This document shows positions 11,051 through 21,279 of a DNA stretch of 45,462 nucleotides, piece after piece. Origin of the DNA: Octopus bimaculoides (lineage: Eukaryota); the NCBI RefSeq assembly GCF_001194135.2, contig NC_068982.1, positions 17,857,237-17,902,698 of the forward strand, in the 5' to 3' direction. The notes under the pieces were generated by a model that saw only the letters and a program-made list of their open reading frames with translations, was not told the DNA's origin and made no database searches. Within the stretch, counting starts at the first letter, position 1; the number at the start of each line of letters is the position of its first letter. Both the position numbers and the translations under genes were made by a program.

Positions 11051-11388
11051 AATAATAATAATAATAATAATAATANNNNNNNNNNNNNNNNNNNNNNNNN
11101 NNNNNNNNNNNNNNNNNNNNNNNNNNNNNNNNNNNNNNNNNNNNNNNNNNNNNNNNNNNNNNNNNNNNNNNNNNNNNNNNNNNNNNNNNNNNNNNNNNNN
11201 NNNNNNNNNNNNNNNNNNNNNNNNNNNNNNNNNNNNNNNNNNNNNNNNNNNNNNNNNNNNNNNNNNNNNNNNNNNNNNNNNNNNNNNNNNNNNNNNNNNN
11301 NNNNNNNNNNNNNNNNNNNNNNNNNNNNNNNNNNNNNNNNNNNNNNNNNNNNNNNNNNNNNNNNNNNNNNNNNNNNNNNNNNNNNNNN

Positions 11389-11780
11389 GAGATCATGAAG
11401 AAAAAAATGCTTTCAAATTGATGTATCAATACCAGCAGATGACAACGTTTCTCTAAAAGAAATGGAAAAACTTTCAAAATACAAAGACCTGGAAATAGAG
11501 ATAACTCGAATGTGGAATCTAAAAACAGAAACAATTCCTATCATAGTAGGTGCCTTAGGTATAATAAAAAAATATTCAGACAAATACATAACAAAAACAC
11601 CAGGACTTACAAATATATATAACATACAGAAAATTGCACTACTGGGTACTGCACACATTCTACGCAAAACACTTTCAATACAGTAAACATAAGAGCACCA
11701 CAGCAAACCACAGCACATACCCAAGGCGCACAGAGCTGCGCTCGGTAGTGAAGTGAAAGCACGTTATAAAAATAAAACTA

Positions 11781-11783
<3 letters not shown>
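11389..11783 (+). mobile_element. R4/Dong-clade element 3' end, copy 3
   Basis: Nearly identical to copy 2 with a few substitutions; begins at gap edge; ends AAAACTACTG plus (AAT)n. Confidence 0.9.
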
Positions 11784-11813
<30 letters not shown>

Positions 11814-11822
11814 TAATATTTT

Positions 11823-11864
11823 TTGAACCAGTTGAAGACACACGAGATGTCGAAATATCGTTCA
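11823..11864 (+). ncRNA. Degenerate minimal type-I hammerhead ribozyme motif, third copy
   Basis: TTGAAC-CAGTTGAA-GACA(cacgaga)TGTC-GAA-ATAT-C-GTTCA. Same helix I and helix III as the other two, different helix II loop; core retains C3, G5, G8, A9. Confidence 0.5.
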
Positions 11865-11895
11865 TCAGATAACAAATGGCACTCTTCTTTTAATT

Positions 11896-11943
<48 letters not shown>

Positions 11944-12302
11944 AAACAGGATTAATTGAAAATTAATGATCAGATATAGTTTATGGTGCAATGCGTAATG
12001 TAACCATTCAAAGTAATGTACTTAAGATAATCCTTTGTTATGGGCTTTGTTGACTAATCATCTCAGTTAACTGATTAACTAAATCCATGAATTAATATTG
12101 CAGCATAACCCTAACCCTATTTTTAGAGGTAGACCGTAATATGCTACATCATCCAATAAGTCATTCCATGTTTGAGAGAGTAGGGGTGTTTGATAAGAGG
12201 GGATCGAATGCTATTGAAAACGCAACGAGCAATGATCGTTAGACATGCAGGCAATAGTTTGGTACAGGCTCCATAGAAACAAATGCTTGTAGTAGAAACA
12301 GA

Positions 12303-12712
12303 ACTCTCTTTACTCTTTTACTTGTTTCAGTCATTTGGCTGTGGCCATGCTGGAGCACCGCTTTTAGTCGAAGAAACCGACCGCAGGACTTATTCTTTGT
12401 AAGCCTAGTATTTATTCTATCGGTCTATTTTGCCGAACCGCTAAATTACGGAAACGTAAACACACCAGCATCGGTTGTCAAGCGATGTTGGGGGACAAAC
12501 ACAGACACACAAACATATACACACACATACATATACATATATATATATACATATATACGACAGGCTTCTTTCAGTTTCCGTCTACCAAATCCACTCACAA
12601 GGCTTTGGTCGGCCCAAGGCTATAGTAGAAGACACTTACCCAAGGTGCCATACAGTGGGACTGAACCCAGAACCATGTGGTTGGTAAGCAAGCTACTTAC
12701 CACACAGTCACT
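12303..12712 (-). mobile_element. SINE family B, full length with internal (TA)/(TG) tract
   Basis: Reverse complement of GTGGCTGTGTGGTAAGTAGCTTGCTTACCAACCACATGG head, internal microsatellite, and GACTGAAACAAGTAAAAGAGT tail; matches 22537-23017 and 42809-43251. Confidence 0.93.
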
Positions 12713-12740
12713 ACAAAGATTTTAGTGAAATGTTAATATT

Positions 12741-13067
12741 CTGGCATTCCCTCTGTTACGACGAGGAGGCTTACAACTGATCCGATCAAGGGAACAGCTT
12801 GCTCGTGAAATCAATGTGCAAGTGGCTGAGTACTCCACAGGCACACCTACCCTTAACGTAGTTCACTGGGAACTTCAGGGTGACACAGAATGTAACAAGG
12901 CTGGCCCTTTTTGAAATGCAATTACTACACACTTTTGCCAGCTGAGTGGACTGGAGCAACGTGAAATAGAGTGTCTTGCTCAAGGACACAACGCGTTGCC
13001 GGGAATTGAACTCACGACTTTACGATCGTGAGCCGAATGCCCTAACCACTAAGCCACGTGCCTTCAC
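12741..13067 (-). mobile_element. tRNA-derived SINE, family D (own head, family C-like tail)
   Basis: Minus strand: GAAGGCACGTGGCTTAGTGGTTAGGGC...GAGTTCAATTCCC head, GTGTCCTTGAGCAAGACAC body, then CAGCCTTGT...AACTACGTTAAGGGTA...GTGGAGTACTCAGCCACTTGCAC tail shared with family C. Confidence 0.88.
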
Positions 13068-13595
13068 ATGTTAAAATACGGAATGCCTAAAGGACCAACA
13101 AACTAAACTAAGACTAAATTTGTAACTAAGAAATGATAAGTGGTGAGAGTTTTTTTAGTTTTTTTTATTTCATACGTGTATATGTACGACAGACAACAAC
13201 CATATTTCTCCTTCGGTCTTGTGCAGATACATTGACTCTCACAAACATACACACACACACACACGCACATATGTAACTGTCCGTATTAAGCATATATGTA
13301 TATATTTATATAAGTTCAGGATTTAACTCACCGTAATGTTTTTCCTATCTTAACTGCTGACTTGAGCAAGCGGATTCATTTTTTGACTATTACTGATTAG
13401 GTAATCATGAACTAGCGCAAACTGGTGATTGTTCGACGTCTTTTTTATTTCTGAATGCGTAAGTCGTGTATATTCACCTGATGAAAACAGCTTTGTGTTT
13501 TTCATGATGTAATATATCTAGTCATAAATAAAAAAGCTCGTTGCAAACAGCTGTAGTGTATGAACCACTATCTATCTGTTGTTATTTATTTAGTA

Positions 13596-13635
<40 letters not shown>

Positions 13636-14082
13636 NNNNNNNNNNNNNNNNNNNNNNNNNNNNNNNNNNNNNNNNNNNNNNNNNNNNNNNNNNNNNNNNN
13701 NNNNNNNNNNNNNNNNNNNNNNNNNNNNNNNNNNNNNNNNNNNNNNNNNNNNNNNNNNNNNNNNNNNNNNNNNNNNNNNNNNNNNNNNNNNNNNNNNNNN
13801 NNNNNNNNNNNNNNNNNNNNNNNNNNNNNNNNNNNNNNNNNNNNNNNNNNNNNNNNNNNNNNNNNNNNNNNNNNNNNNNNNNNNNNNNNNNNNNNNNNNN
13901 NNNNNNNNNNNNNNNNNNNNNNNNNNNNNNNNNNNNNNNNNNNNNNNNNNNNNNNNNNNNNNNNNNNNNNNNNNNNNNNNNNNNNNNNNNNNNNNNNNNN
14001 NNNNNNNNNNNNNNNNNNNNNNNNNNNNNNNNNNNNNNNNNNNNNNNNNNNNNNNNNNNNNNNNNNNNNNNNNNNNNNNNNN

Positions 14083-14123
<41 letters not shown>

Positions 14124-14399
14124 CGTGGTAAACAACGCTAAAGCAAAATCTTTTGGTGCGGATAACATGATTTCGTTATTCCGTCAACTTATTATATTAC
14201 GATATTATGGGATTTGACTACAAAATAGACATGGTTATGATAACGGTCATTGTTCATCCGAAACAGCTGTAAAGATTAACTTTCACAACCGTAATTTTGT
14301 TTATTAGTATTCGTAACCTTACATGTAAATACACTCGTTACGCTTACATTTATCTACCTTTTTTTATTTCTATGTATGATGCATTCATGTATGCATGCA

Positions 14400-14419
14400 T
14401 GTGTGTATGTATGCATGTG

Positions 14420-14454
<35 letters not shown>

Positions 14455-14761
14455 ATGTATGAATGTATGTATGTCTGTATGTCTGTATGTATGACATCAT
14501 TCAGTTTTATTTCAAGGTTTCTCGCAACAGAGAAAGAGCTGGTTTCTAACCTAGATTCAATTGAGTTTCCTTCCCTGGAATTTCAACCTTAGCAACAAGG
14601 TATTTTTGTATGTATGCATGTATGTATGTATGTATGTATGTATGTATGTATGTATGTATGTATACGTGCAGATTTGTATGTTTTGTTTTATGTTTGTCTT
14701 CTCATGCATATACTTGCATATCTTGATATACTTAGCTGATAAAATTCTGCAAAGTTTTATG

Positions 14762-14795
<34 letters not shown>

Positions 14796-14845
14796 TGTAT
14801 GTATGTATGTATGTATGTATGGCTGGCTGGATGGATGGATGGATA
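14400..14845. repeat. (TATG)n/(TCTG)n tetranucleotide tracts
   Basis: Several tracts; source of MYVC-type ORFs. Confidence 0.92.
14485..14605 (+). mobile_element. Interspersed repeat fragment, family F
   Basis: TTCAGTTTTATTTCAAGGTTTCTCGCAACAGAGAAAGA...GAATTTCAAC similar to 15668-15755; both followed by (TATG)-type repeats. Confidence 0.65.
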
Positions 14846-15314
14846 GATGCTATCAATGTATATGTGTTTATGATTGTTTTTATGTTTACTGGTGTTGTGC
14901 AAAAAGCATAAGTGATTCGATGAATAATACATTAATAAAATTAGTAACAGAAAATATATACTGGGATCTATATGGTTTTCTAGAAACACTTTGACTTGAT
15001 GTTTTGCATGACCGTAGTCCACAGAAAGGAATCTTATCTTAAAAACATGTAACCAAAGCAAAAACGCAGAATAGAAATAATTGTTGACACAATATTCTCA
15101 TTAAATATAACACAGAAAACTTGCTGCGCGATGCAATCAAGGAAATGTGTTATATTTTAAAGAAACAAAGAAATTGAAACAGAAAACAAATATTTAATAT
15201 TCTATTTTCACAGCTATATTAAGTTAGCATTCATATTATATTGAAATTTGAAAGCATAAAGCATAAAGTCATTTTGAATTTCCACACCACTGATAATTCA
15301 ATATGATTAACACA

Positions 15315-15626
<312 letters not shown>

Positions 15627-15667
15627 GGTAGATACATACATACACATATCTATGTCATATATATTTG

Positions 15668-15755
15668 TCATTATTCAGTATTATTTCAAGATTTCTTGCC
15701 AATAAAGAAAGATCCAAGGCTTCTTCATGAATTTCAACATCAACAGGATATGTCT
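15668..15755 (+). mobile_element. Interspersed repeat fragment, family F (internally deleted)
   Basis: TTCAGTATTATTTCAAGATTTCTTGCCAATAAAGAAAGATCCAAGGC...GAATTTCAACATCAACAGG, similar to 14485-14605. Confidence 0.65.
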
Positions 15756-15778
15756 GTATGTGTGTATGTATGTATATA

Positions 15779-16798
15779 CGAGGGTTGTTCATTAAAGATT
15801 TCCCCTAAGCCATTTCCCAAAGACGAAACTTGGTATAATTATTAGTCCTTCTCTATATACCCACCACCAATGGTGACACACTTCTCCCATCGCTTTATGG
15901 AGCTGTGAAGACCTCATCTGTAGAGGTCGGTTGCTTACGTCTGGAGCCAAGACTTTACCTCATCGGAAAGTGCTTCCCCTTCAAAAAGACTTCATGGCTG
16001 GAAAGATGTGGAAGTCAGATGGGGAGAGGTCGGGAGAGTAAGGGGATGAGGAAGGATTTCATAGCTGCAGGAGTGTGTTTACATCTGGGCAACATACGCA
16101 TTGTGTACTTGTGCGTTGTTTTGGAGGAGACAGATTCCTTTGGTCAACATGCTACGCCTCTCTGCTTTGATGGCGCCCCGCAATTTCTTCAGCAGTGAAG
16201 CATAATATTCCCCGTTAAATGTGGTGCCCTTAGCCAGAACATCCATCATCACTACTCCGCACTATTCCCAGAAGACTGTGAGCGTCATCTTGCCTGCTGA
16301 GGTTTGGACATGAGCCTTCTTTGAAGGTGGTAAGCTGTCATGCTTCCATTGCTTCGACTAGACTTTAGTCTCAGGATCATAGTGATGGACCCATATTTCA
16401 TCCAGTGTGATAAGTCTGCTGAAAAAAGTTTTCGCTTTCTTGGCACATTGCCAAAAGATCTTGGGAGCAATTGACTCGTTGCTGCTTCTGAAAAGGTGTG
16501 AGCATCTGGGGAACCCATTGTGCAGACAACTTCCGCATGGGCAGATGGTTGTGAATGACTTTTTCCAAGAACTCTTCACTTATCTTCACTTCTTGGGCTA
16601 GTTGCCGAATAGTTATACAGGGATCGTCCAAAATGGTGGCTTCTACTTAGTGGATGGTGTCATCATCAACGGCGGAATGTGGTCGTCCATCCAGGAATAG
16701 GAGCAATTTTCACCGATGTCCGACCACATTTGAACCGGCGATGCCAGTGCTAAACTGCACCATATCATAGTGCACCGTCACCTGAAACTCGTTGTTCA
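15779..16798 (-). pseudogene. Mariner (Tc1/mariner, DD34D-type) transposase pseudogene with one terminus
   Basis: Minus-strand frames give WHRRFKCGRTS, LSAQWVPQMLT (WVPHEL-like), ITLDEIWVHHYDPETK, SAGKMTLTVFW, LLQNNA..H and KRWEKCVTIGGGYIEK, with stops and frameshifts. Terminus TA|CGAGGG at 15777-15784. Other end lost at a SINE. Confidence 0.92.
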
Positions 16799-16944
16799 GT
16801 TCTGAGTTCAAATTCCGTCGAGGTCGACTTTGTCTTTCTTCCTATCGGGGTCGATAAATTAAGTACCAGTGAATCACTGGGGTAAATGTAATCGAGTAGT
16901 CACCGCCCCTCCAAATTTCAGGCTTTGTACCTTTAGTAGAAAGG

Positions 16945-16946
<2 letters not shown>
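16799..16946 (+). mobile_element. SINE family A, 5'-truncated
   Basis: Starts at the B box TTCTGAGTTCAAATTCC; ends AGTAGAAAGGG then (ATT)n. Confidence 0.88.
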
Positions 16947-17010
<64 letters not shown>

Positions 17011-17043
17011 GTTGTTGTTGTTGTTATTATTATTATTATTATT
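16946..17043. repeat. (ATT)n/(GTT)n tract
   Basis: Direct inspection; continuous with the SINE tail. Confidence 0.95.
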
Positions 17044-17258
17044 AAGGCGGTGAGCTGGCAGAATCGTTAGCACGCTGAACGAAACACTTAGTGGTATTTC
17101 ACCCGTCGCTCCGTTCTGAATTCAAATTCCACCGAGGTCGACTTTGCCTTTCATCCTTTTTGGGTCGATGAATTAAGTACCAGTTGTGTACTGGGGTCGA
17201 TCTAATTGCCTGGCCCTCTCCTCCAAAATTTCGGGCCTTGTGCCTAGAGTAGAAAAGA
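17044..17258 (+). mobile_element. SINE family A, full length
   Basis: AAGGCGGTGAGCTGGCAGAATCGTTAGC head to GCCTAGAGTAGAAAAGA, followed by (ATT)n to about 17343. Confidence 0.93.
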
Positions 17259-17277
17259 TTATTATTATTATTATTAC

Positions 17278-17329
<52 letters not shown>

Positions 17330-17699
17330 ATCATTATTATTATTTGGCTGTGAATGTACGAGTTTAACAAGATGGATATTTCCAGAAATAAAGTGTAGTA
17401 ATAAAGTGTAGCGTGTACTGCAAGAATACAGCCGTATTTAAAACAGCTGTGTTCAAAAGTATAAACACATGATGCCTGGTTTGGTTCATTTTACCAAGAA
17501 ATATTCCGTATTTTAATAGTATAAGACATGACGCCTGCAATTGTTCCCAAACGCGAAGGCAATCTAAAATGTAGTGAACGTAGATTGTAAATACATATGC
17601 CGAGATTCAAGTTAAAGCGCTTACAATGGAAAATGCAAAAAAGGTGAGTGAAATATTAATTCGAATGGGAAAAAAAATCAATACAATATGTATGAAAGA

Positions 17700-17910
17700 A
17701 ACGAAAATGTCACCACTTCCGTTAATAATCCCACCACGACTACCAGCACCAAGAACAACACCAGCGCAACAACACCATCACCACCATCACTATCACTACA
17801 ACCAACCCACCATCACCTTCACCACCACAAAACCGCGAACATCACTACCGCTATTATTACCCACACCAAACCACCACCACAACCACCGCCGCCGCCGCCA
17901 CAGCATTACC
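17700..17910. repeat. Degenerate (CAC)n/(CAA)n low-complexity tract
   Basis: ACC/CAC-rich; gives Thr-, Pro- and His-rich pseudo-ORFs. Confidence 0.8.
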
Positions 17911-19129
17911 GGTCGCAGCGCCTGAAATCGCTTGCAATGAAGTAGGGGTAAATTGAATCATTTAGTCCTCCGTGTCACTGACCCTAGGAGAAGATGAATT
18001 AGGGCACAGAGAAATCGAGGCTCTTTTGCGGTACTGGGAGCATGCGCATCCGTTCCATGTCCTCTTTTTGCGGTAAGAAATCATTCGTTTTCAGTTGCAC
18101 ATGTTTAGGAAACATCTGTAAACGAATGTTTTACTGCTTATTTAGCTGAAAAACTGCAGAAAAAACTTCACAAAAGACGACCTGGCTGGCGACAAAAACG
18201 GTTTGGAGGAATGCAAAAACATAAAAAATAGAGAAAATAACACAAGAAGTAAACGAAAAGCCCCGCTGTTAATCGGTGGCATAAATAGATTATTATAACC
18301 ATCATCATATGCTAAGTGATTGTTCCAAAATGCATATCTAAGTTGCTATAATAATTTGTCTGCAACGGTTCCAGAAACAATGTGTTTTCCCCACCTTGGT
18401 AAACAGGCATTGGAATATTAATAAGTATTTTTGTCGTTGCTCAGAATCAATTGTTCAAACAAGATGATAGAAATACAACGAGAAAGACATATTGAAATGA
18501 ACGAATGGCTTTTGTTTACCGTTATATTTTCTTCTAATTGAAATTTTTTTCTATTCTATCATTTCTCATTAAAGTCTGAAGAATGTTGACGATATTTTTG
18601 GCAAGCCTGTTTCAGAAAAAACAAAACAAAACATATAACAGATTTGTGTTTAAAACACGCATCTAATAAAATATATTGAAGCAAAAATACAAAATGTAAA
18701 GAAAAGGTCAAAAGTAAATTCATTTGTGTTTGAATAGTGACCTGTTAAAATGACATCTCGAGTTCAGACTACGTATTATTAGTTTTTCTTCAAGTCTTTG
18801 GTTATCTGTGATGATGGTAGTGGTTATTTGTGGTGGTTCTGGTGGTTATCACAATATTACATTTTTTGAATAAATATACGAATAGATAAACAGTCATAAA
18901 TAATCTTTTAAAGAAATAGAAAGTTGGAATTAGAAAATGGAGAAAACAATGAATTTCAAATTAGCTGAGCGTTGAATAGAGCAGATAACTTGAAAAGACG
19001 AATAAAATATTTTTGCTGAAATTCAATGTCATTCAGAAATAAGGTGTGAATTGAAGGAATTTAATGGATTTAATGTTGTAAAAACACATTGGTTAAAAAG
19101 GACAGTCGGTGATTGGGTAGTAAGTTCAA

Positions 19130-19350
19130 ATCATTACAGTAATTTCATTGTATCTAGCGTAGAGTCTAGGACTGCTTCTCACAACATATAGCTATCAATT
19201 CAGAATCGATTAACTCATCAACAAGAAACTCTCTACCAGCTCACACAACATTCTAGAAACAACACACAAATCACCCCCAAATAACATTCTGTCGGCTTTA
19301 AAAAAGAAAAACTATGTTATGTAGTCACCAATACATTATAAAACATTAAG
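19130..19350 (+). mobile_element. Old degenerate interspersed repeat, family G
   Basis: Loose by-eye similarity (CTAGAAA....AAATCACCCCCAAATAACA..., ...TGTAGTC) to 44690-44900. Confidence 0.35.
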
Positions 19351-19584
19351 AGTGATTGAGAGCCCATTAAGCACAAAACCGTTTCAAGACGGTTCTTTCT
19401 CTTTTTGTTCCCATTCTTGACAGTAGCAATGAAGCCTGTGTAACTTTCTATCAAGTAATAGAGATGACATCTACCGTAAAACTTGCTATAGGAATGGCAA
19501 TAGTTGTCTCCATTTTTTTCGTTCCACAGGTATTTAGAAGTGGTCGTTATTTGGTTATGAAAGTTGTTTATTTAATGATGCGTT

Positions 19585-19755
19585 TTACCCTGCGCTCGTA
19601 AGCAAAGGCAGGGTGTAGTAACCACGCGTCTTTGTCTGTTTGTCTGTGATTTTGCAAAATTACTGCGAAACGGCTGAACGGATATTCACTAAATTTGGTA
19701 GAAATACTCATTGAGTGAGTATATCAAAATGATGAAAATTTGGTTTGATTATCTT
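19585..19755 (+). mobile_element. Helentron/HINE (DINE-1-like) non-autonomous fragment
   Basis: T-rich flank then ACCCTGC...GCAGGGT inverted repeat (19587-19614), short (GTCT)-type repeat, and CGGCTGAACGGATATTCACTAAATTTGG block, the layout of DINE-1/HINE 5' ends. Confidence 0.5.
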
Positions 19756-19769
19756 CAAACACACACAAA

Positions 19770-19856
19770 TACATACATAGATATGCGACTGCGGGTGCAT
19801 GTGCGTGTGCGTGCATGTGTGTGTGCGAGTGTGCGTGTGTGTATGTGTATGTGCAT

Positions 19857-19901
<45 letters not shown>

Positions 19902-20238
19902 TGTGTAAAGTGATGAATTCGAGGGTTTCGTTTATTTACGAGTTGACTTCTTAATTTCACCGGAGTATAAATACTTATGGTGAAACACTTCTTAAATTCT
20001 ATGCAATATTTTCTATAACTATTTCATTTTGTTCACTTTATTTTTCATATGAATCGACCCTCGTGTGTATAGATCATGGTGTACCTATGCGCGTAGACAC
20101 GTGTGAGTACATACATACTTACATAATGCATAAGTACATACATAGATATGCTACTGTGTATGTTCGTGAGCGTAGTGATGGATTCGAGGGTTTCTTTCAT
20201 TTACGAGTTGATTTTTTAATTTCACCGGAGTATAAATA
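19770..20238 (+). repeat. Local direct duplication (19770-19973 vs 20135-20238)
   Basis: Both copies begin TACATACATAGATATGC and end with a 64-bp block GTGATG.ATTCGAGGGTTTC...TTCACCGGAGTATAAATA. Confidence 0.85.
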
Positions 20239-20501
20239 ACTATAACAGTGATACTTAAAAATAAAATTCTGTTCCATTAAAAAGCATGGACAAGCAACGC
20301 ATTGTAGGCCACAATTTGCGAAAAAATTTAATTTCGCGCAGAGTATGCATCACCCCTCCGATACCTTTATTTTTTCATTTTGTTATGTAATCGATAAATC
20401 TATACGGGGGAAATCGTGTAGTTTGGTGGTTTCTTACCTGCACACATGTTTACATGTTCACCGAGTCATATTTATTTGTATTCTAGTTTGTGATCTATGT
20501 A

Positions 20502-21232
20502 CAGTCGTGGCCAGAATTTTGAACATAGGTCTGAAAATTAGAATTTGTATATTAAATAGCCAAAGTTATATTTAATTTTCAAAATATCATAACCTGGCTA
20601 CAAGTCTGTAACATAGGTCTGAAAATAAGAATTTTGATATTACATGCACAAAGCTATATTTGGTTCGAGAGTATATAGGGTATAACAATTTTTAGTTTTA
20701 AAAAAATTTCCAGACTTTTACCCACGACTACATGCGTTGTCTCTTGGTATATTGAAATAATTTTGCACGTTAAATACGATTTTGTTATTTTTTTAATTCC
20801 AGACGAATTGCAGAAAAATGTTACCGAGCTTTAAAGTTTAATAAATTTTACTTAACCTGAGAACAGGATTTGGAGGCTGGCATTCTCTGCATGATAGCTT
20901 GAATTTTCTGCGTGATAGATGTCTATCACGAAAAGAAAGCAAAATAATTAGAAGGAGGAATTTCTGTTCATAAAAAAGCGAAAGCAAAGCATTACGACGA
21001 CCAAAGCTGAAAAAACTTCTGAAGTTTTAATGAATAAAGTCATGTGAAATGGTCGAACAGACATGACAATAACTTAAAAAGGAAAAGAAATTCTCTACAA
21101 AGTTTTTGGTGAAAAATTGCACAAATCTATCCTGATCAAAAGGCCAATCTGTCGGGCAAGGCATACTGTGACATGGAATAAATAAAAATTTATATAAGAC
21201 ATTCTATTGTAAAAATTACCTGGTAACGACGG
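20502..21232 (+). mobile_element. Possible old Tc1-like deletion derivative
   Basis: TA|CAGTCGTGGCCAGAATTTTGAACA left end is Tc1-like; weak complementary end near 21208-21232; internal direct repeat with 88-bp period (20522 and 20610). Confidence 0.4.
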
Positions 21233-21246
21233 GCTATTCAGCTAGC

Positions 21247-21279
<33 letters not shown>

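Noticed and set aside
8636-11815. CRISPR-like or satellite array
   Set aside because: Repeated units are retrotransposon 3' ends separated by microsatellites, in a eukaryotic context with no cas genes.
13478-13505. CTGATGA-AAACAGCT as a hammerhead
   Set aside because: No helix II and no convincing helix I.
14245-14290. CCGAAACAGCTGTA (also 40856-40870) as hammerheads with palindromic helix III
   Set aside because: Only the 3' half fits; upstream core and helix I do not pair. They may be relics of another family but are unsupported here.
17870-18080. CpG-richer patch with GCATGCGCAT (NRF1-like) and a GTAAGA donor as promoter or first exon
   Set aside because: Single short motif, no transcript evidence, adjacent to low-complexity DNA.
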